60,000 bases of DNA from Squalus acanthias (Eukaryota). Numbering within the stretch: the stretch's first letter is position 1; each line of letters starts with the position of its first letter. The notes beneath the pieces are model-generated. The model had not been told where the DNA came from. It saw nothing but the letters and a program-made list of their open reading frames with translations, and searched no databases. Below are positions 23,667 through 37,213 of this stretch, piece after piece. The stretch is from the NCBI GenBank assembly GCA_030390025.1, contig CM059431.1, forward strand, positions 112,594,001-112,654,000, given 5' to 3'. Both the position numbers and the translations under genes were made by a program.

Positions 23667-24450
23667 CTTGGGTTGATAAGTGGCAAGTAACATTCGCGCC
23701 ACACAAGTGCCAGGCACTGACCATCTCCAACAAGAGAGAGTCTAACCACCGCCCCTTGACATTCAACGGCATTACCATCGCCGAATTCCCCACCATCCTG
23801 CGGGGTTACCATTGACCAGAATCTTAAACGGACCAGCCACATAAATACAGTGGCTACAAGAGCAGGTCAGAGGCTAGGTATTCTGCAGCGAGTGACTCAC
23901 CTCCTGACTCCCCAAAGCCTTTCCACCATCTACAAGGCACAAGTCAGGAGTGTGAATGAATACTCTCAACTTGCCCGGATGAGTGCAGCTCCAACAACAC
24001 TCAAGAAGCTCGACACCATCCAGGACAAAGCAGCAGATTGGCACCCCGTCCACTACTTAAACATTCACTCCCACCACCACCGGCGCACTGTGCCTGCAAT
24101 GTGTACCATCTACAAGATGCACTGCAGCGACTCGCCAAGGCTTCTTCGACAGCACCTCCCAAACCCGCACCTCTACCACCTCGAAGGACAAAGGCAGCAG
24201 GCGCATGGGAACACCATCACCTCCAAGTCACACACCATTCGGACTTGGAAATATATCACAGTTCCTTCATTGTCGCTGGGTCAAAATCCTGGAACTCCCT
24301 CCCTAACAGCACTGTGGGAGTACTTTCACCATCCGGACTGCAGCGGTTCAAGAAGGCAGCTCACCACCACCTTCTCGAGGGCAATTAGGGATGGGCAATA
24401 AATGCTGGCCTTGCCAGCGACCCCCACATCCCGTGAACGAATTAAAAAAA
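23667..24450 (+). mobile_element. CR1-clade LINE (second family) 3' fragment
   Basis: Close match to 20370-21140 (ATRAGQRLGILQRVTHLLTPQSLSTIYKAQVRS; same 3' terminus). Confidence 0.9.
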
Positions 24451-24588
24451 TGTCCTAGGATCGGACACGGTGACAGACACAAAAGTGAGCCTGTCATAGC
24501 TGTAGCTTTGGAAACAGTCAGCTGGTAGGTTGAGAGAAGGTGCAGACTTCAACCTGGCACAATCAAAAACTGTTATTGTTCAGCCTTG

Positions 24589-25097
24589 ACAACAACTTGC
24601 ATTTATATAGTGTCTTTAATGTAGTAAAACATCCCCAAGGTGCTTCACGGGAGCGTTACCAAACAAAATTTGACACCGAGCCACATAGGAGATATTAGGA
24701 CAGGTGACCAAAAGATTGGTCAAAGAGGTAGGTTTTAAGGAACATCTTAAAGGAGGAGAGAGAGGTAGAGGGGCAGAGGGGTCTAGGGAGGGAATTCCAG
24801 AGCTTAGGGCCTAGGCAGCTGACGGCGTAGGCGCTATTGGTGGAACAATTAAAATTGGGGATGTGCAAGAGGCCAGAATTAGAGTGCAGATATCTCGGAG
24901 GGTTGTAGGGCTGGAGGGGTTTAGAGAGATAGGGAGAGGCGAGGCCATGGAGGGCTTTGAATACAAGAGAATTTTAAAATCGAGGTGTTGCCAGACCGGG
25001 AGCCAATGTAGGTTAGCGAGCACAGGGCTGATGGATGAACAGGACTTGGTGCAAGTTAGGATACGGGCAGCAGAGTTTTGGATGAGCTGAAGTTTAC
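24589..25097 (-). mobile_element. L2 LINE 3' fragment
   Basis: KLQLIQNSAARILTCTKSCSSISPVLANLHWLPVWQHLDFKILL; tail ACAACAACTTGCATTTATATAG shared with the SINE. Confidence 0.88.
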
Positions 25098-25172
25098 AGC
25101 AACAGCATTCCACTATTTTTGTTTTTAAAAAAAGTAACGTTAATTTAGCAAAATTACTAGTAGACTGCTGCT

Positions 25173-26139
25173 ATAAGAACATAAGAAATAGGAGCAGGAG
25201 TAGGCCATTCGGCCTTTCGAGCCTGCTCTGCCATTCAATGAGATCATGGCTGATCTTCTGCCTCAACTCCATTCACCGGCCCTATCGCCATATCCCTTGA
25301 TGCCTTTACTAGTCAGAAATCTATCCACTTCTGTTTTGAATATACCCAATGACTGAGCCTCCACAGCCCTCTGGGTTAGAGAATTCCAAAGATTCACCAC
25401 CCTCTGTGTGAAGAAATTTCTTCTCATCTCAGTCCTAAATGGCCTACTCTTTATCCTGAGGCTGTGGCCCCTGGTTCTAGACTCCCCAGCCAAGGGAAAC
25501 ATTCTCCCAGCATCCACCCTATCAAGCCCTGTAATAATTTTGTATGCTTCAATGAGATCCCCATCTCATTCTTCTGAATTCAAGAGACTACAGGCCTAGT
25601 TTACTCAATCTCTTCTCATACAACAGTCCAGCCAATCCAGGAATCAATCTCGTGAACCTTCGTTGCACTCCCTCTATGGCAAGTAGATCCTTCCTTAGGT
25701 AAGGAGACCAAAATTGTACACAGTACTCCAGGTGTGGTCTCACCAAGGCCCTATATAATTGGAGTAAGACTTCTTTACTCCTGTACTCAAATTCTCTTGT
25801 AATGAAGGCCAGCACACCATTTGCCTTCCTAACGGCTTGCTGCACCTGCACATTCACTTTGTGACTCATGTACAAGGACACCCAGGTCCCTTTGAGCATC
25901 TGCATTCCCCAATCTTTCACCATTTAGGAAATATTCTGCCTTTCTGTTTTTTCTACCAAAGTGGATAACTTCACATTTATCCACATTATATTCCATCTGC
26001 CATGTTCTCGCCCACTGACTGAGCCTGTCGAGATCCCCTTGAAGCCTCTTCACATCCTCTTCGCAACTGACACTGCCACCTAGCCTTGTATCATCAGCAA
26101 ATTTGGAAATGTTACATTTAGTCCCCTCAACCAAATCAT
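25173..26139 (-). mobile_element. CR1 LINE 3' portion
   Basis: ISKFADDTRLGG..., LYRALVRPHLEYCVQFWSP, TRGHSLRIK..FFTQRVVNLWNSL; terminus ATAAGAACATAAGAAATAGGAGCAGGAGTAGGCCATTCGG. Confidence 0.92.
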
Positions 26140-26323
26140 AGCTATGATAAAGCTCTCACACACAAGACAGGGTAAAAAAAAACAATTTTCATGAAGTTAG
26201 AAGACATATTTTCAATTTCAACAAGGCTGAAAACAAGAGTCTCTAACTAACCAGGTGAAATTTATTTTAAAATGCTTAAAATTTGTAAATCAGAAATTTA
26301 CCTCCCTAAATGAGAAGACTTAC

Positions 26324-26512
26324 CTGAATTGCAGGAGCTGCTGAAAGTGCCTCAGTAAAGCAGATCATGCACATATCATCGGCATCTTGCTTGAGACATG
26401 TTGCATTTTTGTCACAGCCATGTAAGCAAGGTAAACAGTGCTCTTCACTTTTAACTCCCCCACAGGGGTGCCCACAGGAATGGGTTTTGCCACAGGCAGT
26501 TTTAGCATATTC
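26324..26512 (-). CDS. MYCBP2: MYCBP2 exon (start of RING)
   Basis: [67 protein letters not shown], 189 nt. Confidence 0.95.
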
Positions 26513-26679
26513 CTTGTTTCAAAATGATTAAAAGAAACACTCAGTACCATGAAAACAAACATTTCGGAAAAGCCAGATGTGAAACAAGATTAAAAATACA
26601 TTATGCAGCCAATTATATGAAGCAAGCCGTTTGAATCATGTGGTCGACAACATTCTGCACAAGACTCCATTCCACTCAC

Positions 26680-26783
26680 CTGGCAGTCTGCATCAGAACA
26701 CACGCTGCCCACCGCCGACAACTCTGTTCCATTTCTTGATCCACAGAAGCGACACGCTTCAGAGCTGCTTGACGCAGGTTTGC
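26680..26783 (-). CDS. MYCBP2: MYCBP2 exon
   Basis: (G)KPASSSSEACRFCGSRNGTELSAVGSVCSDADCQ; AG/GT. Confidence 0.93.
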
Positions 26784-29700
26784 CTATAAATGAAGAAATC
26801 AGATTTTGTTTAAAGAAAAAATTTGACGACTGCTTCTGAAGTTTTTGTCGACATAAGCAAGTCATATATTTATACGCTTTATTTACATTAATAGAAGTAT
26901 ACTGTCCACGCTTGTATGCTTCATTAACAAGTGTATGAGTAAATTACATACAGCAGCTTCAACTGATGGCTTTGATCACGAAAACACCCCTGCTACAATT
27001 GATTTCTCCCTCCCAGATGAAAACCTACAGATATTATCAAATTCACAAACAGGTCACTAGTAAGCATACCAGTCAAACCTACTTGTGGGAATATTTACCA
27101 TAGATCATGATTGGCCAAATATATTTTATTTTCAATGCTGAGCCTTTTTACCATGTGTTTTACAGTTTTGGATGTAGGGGAAAAAGTAACAGTACATGTA
27201 GAGTCTTTTCTCTCCCAATATTCCTCCTTCAAAAATATTAAGGTGTAGTCTTCCTTGCTCTTCAGATACTATCTGAAGAGCAAGGACATTATCATCTCCA
27301 TGCACATATAGAAAATTCTGCCAGTCCACAAAGACACCTAGGATACCGTCCCTTTAAATCTGAATACATGCTTATCGTATCTCCCCACTCTGAAGTACAT
27401 GTAGAAATATATCTTCAGTTCGGTCAATAGAGGAGGCAAAAAAAAAATCCAAATTACAAGTTCTAGTCGTTCATTGCAACAGATCAGACATAAAATAGAT
27501 AGGCAGGGAGGGAGTTCTTTGTGTGGAGATTGCACTGCATTTGAAGAACAAGAAATACACTCAGGATGAGTAATCAAATACTATTCCTCAACTGTCCATC
27601 CCCACAAATATAAATATAGAAAAGCAGCTTGATAAAACTGGAGGAAGGGCTGAGTGATCTATCCTTTTGAGGCATGAAGTTAGAAGACATATTTTCAATT
27701 TTAACAAGACTGAAAACAAAGCATCCCTTTTCTCTGCACAAAACTGTTGTGAAATGAGTGAGATGATGCAGGAGGTTCCTCTTTATACCCTTCCACTGAG
27801 CTTGGCTCACTTGATCAACATACAAATCCACATTTCATTTTTGAAAATATTGACTTGGTGCATCTTTCTTGGAAAGAACATCGACGGCACAGGTTTCTGA
27901 GAATGAAGCCAGGAATTACAATGAAACTGTTGCTAACTATTCCCAAATAGCTTTTTCCTGGCTAAGTGGACAGCTAGTATTCTGTTTAGCAATTCCGGGG
28001 AAATACTAAAATCCTCATTCGGAGCTACTTGCACTGTAGAATGCCTTGAGCATCTGTGCTCAATGTAGTCACATCCAATTGCTGCAATAAACCGGATATC
28101 TGCAAAGTGTTCTAGCCTCCTTCTGTGCTGTAAATTTCTATGAAATACTGGTAAATATCAAAAGTTTTGAGGCACCTATCTGAAGAATTCAAATGAACTT
28201 CACCCCATATCCTCGATAGGGCATTATATGCATCTGCAGCATCCCTGGACATACAACCATATTGCTCCAGGAATATAAACAACTAGCTTTATCGTCTGGA
28301 GGTACAGACAGCCTTTGTAAAAAGGTGTCTTCTATATTTTGTCTGAACTTGGTAGACCATGAATGAAGTCTGGGCAAACAGGGTTTCCTCCATTCATAAG
28401 AGCAACTTGCATCAAGTTCTCCAAAATTGCCTTTGTGGTCCGTGTATGAGGGGGAAAGCCAGAAACCATAGAAAGTGCGCTGAGCTAATAAGCAACTAGA
28501 TCAATAAGGCAGTGAGCAACAACCACCTCATTCCCAATTCAAGGAACGGCCATGGACCACCACTGTACTAAATCTGAGGTAATTCGTCCTGGTATGCATA
28601 TCCTTCCCATCTACCACCTACACACACAAGTGGATCTTCAGAGAAGATGGGATAGACCCATGGAGGCTTTGGATCAAATTATTCTGTTTAAGGACAGTCC
28701 ATCAACCTCTCAGTCTCAGGTGTGCCCAAGATTTTTGTATGGATTACTAACATCAGCAACACCTGCTTTGAAGCCAGCATTTTCTTTAGGGCATCATGGT
28801 CTGTTATTAGAACTACTTAGGCAAAATCGCCATTTATCTGCAGAGAGTTGAGATGGTCCTCATCAGAGGCTTAAGATCTGATCAACAGCTCTTCAGGAGA
28901 CAAGTTACCCCTCCATTTGCAGGAGGATAACTGCATGAGAATTTCAGCTAATAATACCTGGCATCAAATACGGATATTGGTATTAGTCAAGAACCTTCTC
29001 AATTATTTTGGACAATGAAGCAGCTACTTTAACCAGGGCCAAAGTTTGCACCTGTGGGGATAAATCGATTGCGGAGCCAGTGAGTAACCTAAATGGTTTC
29101 ATCAAGTTTGGGGCTGAGGTCAGTTGATGTAGATGTGCATGTGAACCAAGAGGACTATCTACTGAAGGATGCTAGGCAGGTCAGCCAAGAGATGCTCTGT
29201 GCCTATCTACTGATACCTGGATCTGTGGACAGAGGTAAATGTACCTCACATTGACAGATAATTATTTCAGGTGACAGTTCCACTTCCCAATGAAAGCTGG
29301 ACCAACAGATCCAATGGCATCACTAAGATATTTGAATGCCCATCATAATTTTGGATGCTTCCTTGGAAGTACCCCAATCACAGTATAGCAAGCTTGGAGT
29401 GGCACTTGAAAGAAAACATGCCACATTGAGCCAGCATTGTCTTATTGGCTGCAACCAAGATGTCAACTACTTCTGAAGCCCCTGGCACAACTACCTAGCA
29501 CTGATAATGTGAAACAGTTTTCACAGTCTAGGTCAGCAGACAGCTGGCTTCAATGCTGCGCCATCTGTTGCAAGGACACCTGCAGTTACCATGGAGAGTA
29601 AGGCTAGCATATCTAGTGTCAAAAGCACAACTGTTGTCCGAAACTTGGTTGTACCTATATGCTGTAGTGCTAACATATGGGAGCAGTGCTATAGAGTGGT

Positions 29701-29851
29701 ACAGTGGATAATGTCCTTGCAAGTATATTACAATTTTGAATATCAATAGACTTTTAATAAGACATTAATTGAAAACAAAACACAGTAAAGAATAGTGTAA
29801 CTACAATAGCACTGGTAAAATTAGCTTAAAAGTTAGGTCTTCAATTCTCAC

Positions 29852-29984
29852 CCGTGTGTTCTCTGAACTCTACCATTGCTTTCATGGTTTTTGAGTCTGC
29901 AAGTGCCATAAGCCAGAAGAGCTTGGTTCTTCCACAGCCTTCATGAAGATCCACTTTAATTGCTTCCTCCTCCTCTTTAAATAC
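29852..29984 (-). CDS. MYCBP2: MYCBP2 exon
   Basis: VFKEEEEAIKVDLHEGCGRTKLFWLMALADSKTMKAMVEFREHT(G); AG/GT. Confidence 0.95.
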
Positions 29985-30675
29985 CTATAATTTTCAGAAA
30001 ATTGAAAACTAGATTATTTCAATGGGAATGATTAAGTGGAATAACTTGTCATATTGGTAAAGTTTCACCTTAGAAATGAACTGTACTTTTATTAGCACCT
30101 TACAGAACAATGAATATTGTCTATATAACCAAGCGTAAATAACTTGGCTTGCAAACTTCTGCTTATGTTGAGCTAACATAATTCAGCTCATTCATGCAAC
30201 AAATTTAGAAAAAAAGATTCCACCACTGCTCTTCCACTTTTAAAAAACAGAATCAGGAATTTGTTCATAACATTTTACAAATATTGGTGAAACAGTCTTT
30301 CTGAAATGGTCATTTTTTTTTTGCTCACAATTCGACAGAGGGCAAATAACGAAGAATACGACATTTGCAGAAATGTTGAGGGAAAGAAATACTTTCCTAA
30401 CTGCTAACTTTTCAAAAGTTGAATGTGAAGGTTGACAACAGATGAATTATTTCTCTTCTTTGTTTCCCCCTCTCTGTCGTGCACCATTCTTTGCACAAGG
30501 TTGAGTAGTTTTCCCTTTTTTTGTGCAGTCTCTTACAACTGGTTGTTTGAAGTAGTTTAGTGACCCAAAGCAGGGTTCCTATCATTAAGCTTTCAACAAG
30601 AGTGCAAAATATTGCTTCAAAACAGTTCTAGCATTGGTTAATATTCTACAAAAATACTTTTAATTGACTCCTTGC

Positions 30676-30804
30676 CTGTCTTTGATGTGTTCTTGTCCTT
30701 CTGTGAAGATGGAGGAACCGGTCACAGTCTGTGCAAAGATTCCCACACACATTGCAGTGGATAATTGCTGGAGTCTCACCATCATCATGGTTGTCGCACA
30801 TAGG
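30676..30804 (-). CDS. MYCBP2: MYCBP2 exon (B-box-like), followed by a GC donor
   Basis: PMCDNHDDGETPAIIHCNVCGNLCTDCDRFLHLHRRTRTHQRQ; acceptor ttag|, donor CAG|GCAAGG. Confidence 0.92.
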
Positions 30805-32074
30805 CTAAGAAAAAGATAACTTGACTATTAACTTAGTCACCAATTAAGATAAATAATGCAGAAGGGAATGCCTTTGGCTAAGTGCATTCTGCTGATGGTT
30901 CAAAGATATCACACTAAGATAAAACAGAATAGAATGTTTCTCAGCGCATATCTCTAGGCAGGATTTATTGGTTGATCCTTGCAAAAAGAAACAGCAACTT
31001 CAAAAATATTAATTTTATATCGACAGAATAAGATTTGGCTATCCAATAAACTTTATTTCTAAACTCAATACCTGTTTTCTGCATAAATTAAAATTTAAGA
31101 CATTCTTTAAACTGGAGTCAACAAAAATTTTTTTGCATTTATTTGACTGCTCCATCTCTGCAAAATACAAAGTTGACTTTTAACTGGATACCATGTAATT
31201 AAAGGACAAGGATCTTCCCAAACTTTGCCTGAAAGAAGTATAGTCAACAAGTATATAACTTAGCCGTTATAAAGTATTATCTGGCTTCATTCCCTCAGGG
31301 GAAGAGAAAGGAGAATGCTTTCAGTATAAAGTTGCCCTAATCTATAGAATATCAAACAAACACACATTAACTCCGCCCTCCCCAGTCACCTACTATTTTG
31401 CACCTCCCATTGGACTAAGGAGCTGATTCAAATACGTTGGCACCACAGGAAATGGCAAACACGTTGAGATCAGCTTGGATGGCAATCCAGATATGGCTAA
31501 ACTAGGAACGTTTTTTTTGGAAGGGGGTGGAAAGCAAAACAGATATGGAAAATTAAGATATCATGTATGAGATTTTTACCCAATTTTTTGGTGATAGAGA
31601 TAGGACAGTAGCAGTTTATACTGTAAGTGCTCGCCCCTACACGACACTAACCTCTTCAAGCTAGCAGTACAAATACAAATATAGGTTAATGGTAACCGGA
31701 ATCAATATTCATATTCATAAAGGGTTAAAAACAGGCATCAAGTCCAAGTAGTGAGGCAACTTTTTTATATTATCCCCTCTTGCAAATTGGTGAAGATTTT
31801 CCAGCTATTTTATATTCCTTTCGTCATGGAAATATGCACTTGTTTATTTGCAGAACTCAAATGTCCACACTTTTTCTACACATTATACACAAACTGGAAG
31901 CCCCATTTCACTCTTGATCATAATTCTTAGCAGGTAAAATTTCTTACATCAACAAGAGTATAGAGTATGTAGTTAAAATAACCCAACATTTGGGAAGCAG
32001 TTATTAACAAAAGCAAGACATCAATGGCAGAAATGCAAGATTCCAATGGCTTCCCTTTGATCAAGGGAGTTACT

Positions 32075-32447
32075 AAAAAGGTGAGCACAACCTCCTCTGA
32101 CCTACATTCATTTGGTTTGGCTATGATGTTCAATATTCGACGGGCTTTGATGATAACTTCTCTGCATTGGCTGGACATATTTAGTCTGAAGTCTACTAAG
32201 GCTCTTCCTTAGTTATTTCAACACCATTCATGGAATACACGTGTTGCTTATTTTTCCATCTTATGTTCAGTATTGCTCGTATTAAATTTCATCTACCACT
32301 GATATGCCCACATACTTATTTTGTCCAACCGACACTAATTTGAGTTGCTTCCTTCAATTCCAATTTGGTATCAACAAATATACCTCTTTGAATCGAGTTT
32401 GAGTCCAGCTCATTTATGCAAACAAGAAACAATAGTGGTCCCAACAT
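32075..32447 (-). mobile_element. Degenerate CR1 fragments
   Basis: LGPLLFLVCINELDS and GTTCAGTATTGCTCGTATTAAATTTCATCTACCAC-type CR1 RT remnants. Confidence 0.5.
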
Positions 32448-32468
32448 ATTAACAATCCTTTTCCTTAC

Positions 32469-32570
32469 CATTTGTTTTTGCTGGCCATCCTTCCCCATCC
32501 ATCTGCCAGAGGAAAGCCTATCAACGTGGTCTTGATCCAGCACACACAGTGAAGCCAGAGCTAGCCATAG
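32469..32570 (-). CDS. MYCBP2: MYCBP2 exon
   Basis: LWLALASLCVLDQDHVDRLSSGRWMGKDGQQKQM; AG/GT, 102 nt. Confidence 0.95.
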
Positions 32571-32723
32571 CTGAGGAGCAAAATGTTAAGCAGAAAGAGT
32601 TAGAATAAAATGTTAAAGCAGAGTGAGTTAGAATCTTATCCAACTTCCAGGTACATTTACTTTTGTTAAACCACTTTATTCTGTTTCAAATATACTTTCC
32701 ATACAAAGCAATTAATCCATTAC

Positions 32724-32843
32724 CCTGGTTGTTGTAGTACACTGAACAGGCACTCTGTATTCTTCTTCCATTTTTGTTAGAGCAATAATTGTTTCAGCAA
32801 TAGCATTCTTTGTGACACGAGACCAGGCTTCTGATAGATGCCC
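32724..32843 (-). CDS. MYCBP2: MYCBP2 exon
   Basis: GHLSEAWSRVTKNAIAETIIALTKMEEEYRVPVQCTTTTR; AG/GT, 120 nt. Confidence 0.94.
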
Positions 32844-32989
32844 CTAAAAATATATAATTCTGCAAGTTAAACTATTTTGTCCAAACAGATAATCCACAGA
32901 AAGTGGAGGCAAATTTATTCTTACTGGATATCAAAATTCTTTAGATTGGAATTCTTCACATTAGGTGTTCAGAATCTTCCACTTCTAGC

Positions 32990-35900
32990 AGTAAGTAAAT
33001 TAGTTACAGATTATGGTGATTGGTTGGTAAGTATTAAGGTTTATTTCTCTCTAAAATAAGACAGTGGTTTAAACTAGGAGCAGGAAACTATAACATACTG
33101 TATTAAATTTATAGCTTAACTAGTTAAACTAATTAATATAACTATAAATAATCGTTGAATAAAGACTTCAACTAATTAAATAAATAAAATAAGGCTAGAC
33201 TAGGGCAGGCTGTGTGTCTGGACTGCAGTATGTGGGAGTTTGCGAGACTGTCCCAAGCAAACACGTCTGCAGGAGATGTCTGCATCTCAAATCCCTACGG
33301 CTCAGAGTCATTGAGCTGGAGTGCGAGTTGGAGACACTCCGACAAATAGGGGAGGGGAGGAATTTCTGGACAGTTTTATCCACAATACAGTCACACCCCA
33401 GAGGAAAGCACAGGTTCAGGAAAGGGAGGGTGTGACTGTTAGGGAGACAGGTAGCAGGGATTTAGGAGGTTGAAAAGGAGGTCCCGTAGACACTGGTCCT
33501 GTCCGGCAGGTATGATGTACTCGCTACCTGTGAGGACAAGGAGAAAGACTGCAGGGAGGACAGCCACAATGCAGACCAAGGCACCGTGGCTCAGAAGGCT
33601 GTCCAAGGTCGGGGGGGTGGTAAGAGAGAATAGAAATATGGTAGTGATAGGGGACTCTATAATTAGGGGGATAGATAGCGTCCTCTGCAGCCAAGAACGA
33701 GAATCCCGAAGGGTGTGTTGCCTACCCGGTGCCAGGGTAAGAGATAGCTCATGGCGGCTGGAGAGGAACTTGGAAAGGGAGGGGGCAAATCCAGTTGTCG
33801 TGGTCCATGTTGGAACAAACGACATCGGTAGGAACAGGGAAGAGGTCCTGCTGAAAGAGTATCAGGAGTTAGGATCTAAATTAAAAAGCAGGACCTTGAG
33901 GGTAATAATCTCTGGATTATTGCCCGAGCCATGTGCAAATTGGCATAGAAGCAGACAGAACAGGAGAATTAACACGTGGCAAAAGCGCTGGTGTGGGAAA
34001 GAAGTGTTCCTTTTCATGGGATACTGGCACCAGTTCTGGGACAGGAAGGAGCTGTACCGATGGGACGGGCTCCACCTGAGCCGGGATGGGACCTGTGTCC
34101 TAGCAGCAAGGGTAAATAGGGAGGTGGCAAAGGCTATAAATTAGTAAGATGGGAGGAGGGATCTACAAGAAACGTAACCAGCCTAAATATAAACAAAACC
34201 GGAGAAGAGAGCATAGGAAAGAATAAAGGGAAGATATTGATGGCAAGGGAAGAGAGAGAGTTATAGAACAGGAGTCCAAAAAGATGGTTAAACATAAAGT
34301 GAGAGGAAATCTTATTAAAAATGAGTTAAACTGTCTATACAGCAATGCACACAGTATCTGTAATAAAACAGGGGAGCTGGAGGCAATCATGCGTTGCGAG
34401 GAACCAGACATAGTAGGGATTACTGAGACATGGCTACAGAAAAATCAGGACTGGGAATTAATCATTGCAGGGTATAACATATTTAGAAAAGATAGAGGGG
34501 GAAAAGGGGAGGTGGAGTAGCTGTACTTATTAGGGATAACATAATGGCAGTGGAAAAAAGTGACGCAGATATCAGCAAGACAAAAATAGAATCCTTATGG
34601 ATAGAGATGAAAGATAATAAAGGATCAATCACACTAATAGGTGTAGTCTACAGACCACCTAATAGTGGAAGGGAGGTGGAGGAAGAAATATGCAGACAAA
34701 TTAGGGAAATGAGTAAAAGACATAGAATAATAATCATGGGGTATTTCAACTACCCCGATATTAATTGGACAGAAGAGGTAGATAAAAGGGATAAGGGAAT
34801 GGAATTCCTACAAGGTGTACAGAACTCCTTTCTAACCCAATATGTGAAAAGCCCAACAAGGGAGGATTCGCTATTGGATCTAGTAATGGGGAATGAACCA
34901 GAGCAGATAAGAGAAGTAAAAGTAGGGGAACATATAGGCAATAGTGACCGTAATATAATACGCTTTAAGATGATAGCTGAGAAGGACATAATTATGATGA
35001 AAACCAGGTTAATAGATTGGAGAAAAGCTGATTGAGGGGCTGAGAATAGAACTTGGGGGAAAAAATGGGCAACAACATTGGCAAACAACGATGTAGAACA
35101 GCAATGGGAAACATTTAAAACAGTGTTCAACAGCGTGCAGGAAAAATATATTCCGCTAAAAGGAAAGAACAAACTAAACAATAATGAGACTCCATGGATA
35201 AATAAAGCCATAAGGGAACAATTGAGGGTAAGGAAAGAGGCATACATTAAGTACAGCAGGGGAGTGCATGATAAGGGAGAACACAAAAAGATTAGGAGAG
35301 AAGTCAAAAAAGCAATTAGGGAGGCAAAGAGGAACTATGAAATTAAATTATCAAGGAACATAAAAAAAAAGTAAAATATTTTATGGGCACATCAATAAAA
35401 AAAAGGTTCAGATGGGAATAGGGCCATTAAGAGATAGACAGGATAATACCACAGGTAACGATAGAGAGATGGCAGAAATATTAAATAATTATTTTGCTTC
35501 AGTATTTACCAGGGAGATAGAACAGGTGGACATGACAGTGGATGATGAGATTAGTAAAGAGATAAGTGCATTTAAAATTTAAAAAAAAGGGGATATACTA
35601 AATAAACTAATCAAACTCAGGATAAAACCCCTGGTCCGGATGGATTGCATCCACGCATTTTAAAAGAATCAAGGGAAGAGATAGCAGAGGCATTACTACG
35701 CATATTTAATAATTAGTTAGAAAAAGGTGCAGTGCCCTGGCGGATAGCTAACGTAATACCGATATTTAAGAAGTGGGATAGAACATGTCCAGGGAATTAT
35801 AGACCAGTCAGCTTAACATCGGTGGTAGGAAAAATAATGGAATCCCTACTAAAGGAGAAATAGCAGATCGAGAAATAAAAATAGTCAGCATGGATTTTAA

Positions 35901-37213
35901 AAGGGAAAGTCTTGCTTGACTAACCTTATTCAATGTTTTGAAGAGGTAACAGAGAGAGTAGACAATGCTTTGAAGAGGTAACAGAGACAGTAGACCATGG
36001 TAATGCAGTAGATGTAATTTATCTGGATTTTCAAAAGGCCTTCAATAAGGTACCCCATAATAGACTGATGAACAAAGTCAGATAATGCGGAGTCAGGGGA
36101 CAAGTAGCAGAATGGATTGCTGGCTGGCTTCAGGACAGAAAGCAGAGAGTAGGAATAAAGGGTAGCTATTCACAGTGGCAGAAGGTGGGTAGTGGTGTTC
36201 CACAAGGATCAGTGCTGGGATCACTGCTGTTCACAATTTACATTAACGATTTAAACTTTGGAATCAAAAACACAATTTCTAAATTTGCGGATGACACCAA
36301 ATTGGGGGGGGGGGGGGAGATAGTCAATACTGAGGAGGACTGCAACAAATTACATGAGGACATTAATAAACTTGCAGAATGGACATATAATTGTCAAATG
36401 AAGTTCAACACAGTTAAATGTGAGGTATTACATTTTGGTAGGAAGAATAGCGAGGTCACTTATCATTTGGAGGGTGCGAGTCTAGGTGGGGTAGAGAAAC
36501 AAAGGGATCTCGGAGTACAAATACACAAATCACTAAAAGTTGTGACACAGGTTAGCAAGGCCATTAAAAAAAGCAAACCAAGCACTAGGGTTTATTTCTA
36601 GAGGGATAGAATTGAAAAGTAGGGAAGTTATGCTAAACCTGTATCGAACCTTGGTTAGACCACACTTGGAGTACTGTGTACAGTTCTGGTTGCCATATTA
36701 TAAAAAGGATATAGAGGCACTGGAGAGGGTGCAGAGAAGATTTACAAGGATGATACCAGAAATGCGAGGGTATACACATCAGGAAAGCATGAACAGGCTG
36801 GGTCTCTTTTCTCTTGAAAAAAGGCTGAGGGGTGACCACACAGAGGTCTTTAAAATTATGAAACATTTTGATAAAGTGGATAGAGAGAGAATGTTTCCAC
36901 TTGTGGGGAAGAGCATAACTAGAGGCCATCAATATAAGATAGTCACCAAGAAATCTAATAGAAAATTCAGAAGAAACTCCTTTACCCAAAGTGTGGTGGG
37001 AATGTGGAATTTGCTACCACAGGGAGTGGTTGAAGCGAGTAGTATAGATGCATTTAAGGTGAGGCTAGATAAGCATACGAGGGAAGAGAGAATAGGGGGT
37101 TATGCTGATAGATTTAGATGAGGAAAGATGGGAGGAGGCTCATATGGAGCATAAACGCAGGCATGGACTGGTTGGGCTGAATGGCCTGTTTCTGTGCCAT
37201 ATATCCTATGTAA
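32990..37213 (+). mobile_element. Near full-length, decayed CR1 LINE (ORF1 zinc finger + SGNH esterase; ORF2 APE endonuclease + RT)
   Basis: HVCRRCLHL..LRVIELE; VVIGDSIIRG..CCLPGA..VVVHVGTND..DGLHL; CLYSNAHSI..GITETW, VYRPP, LDLV; GVPQGSVLG, FADDTK, LVRPHLEYC; many stops and frameshifts; 32 bp tandem duplication at ~35937-36000. Confidence 0.94.

Noticed and set aside
28190..29700. Possible very old DIRS/other retroelement remnant in the MYCBP2 intron
   Set aside because: Only vague motif-like snippets; no convincing RT, RNase H or recombinase motif by eye. A tblastn/HMM search would be needed.
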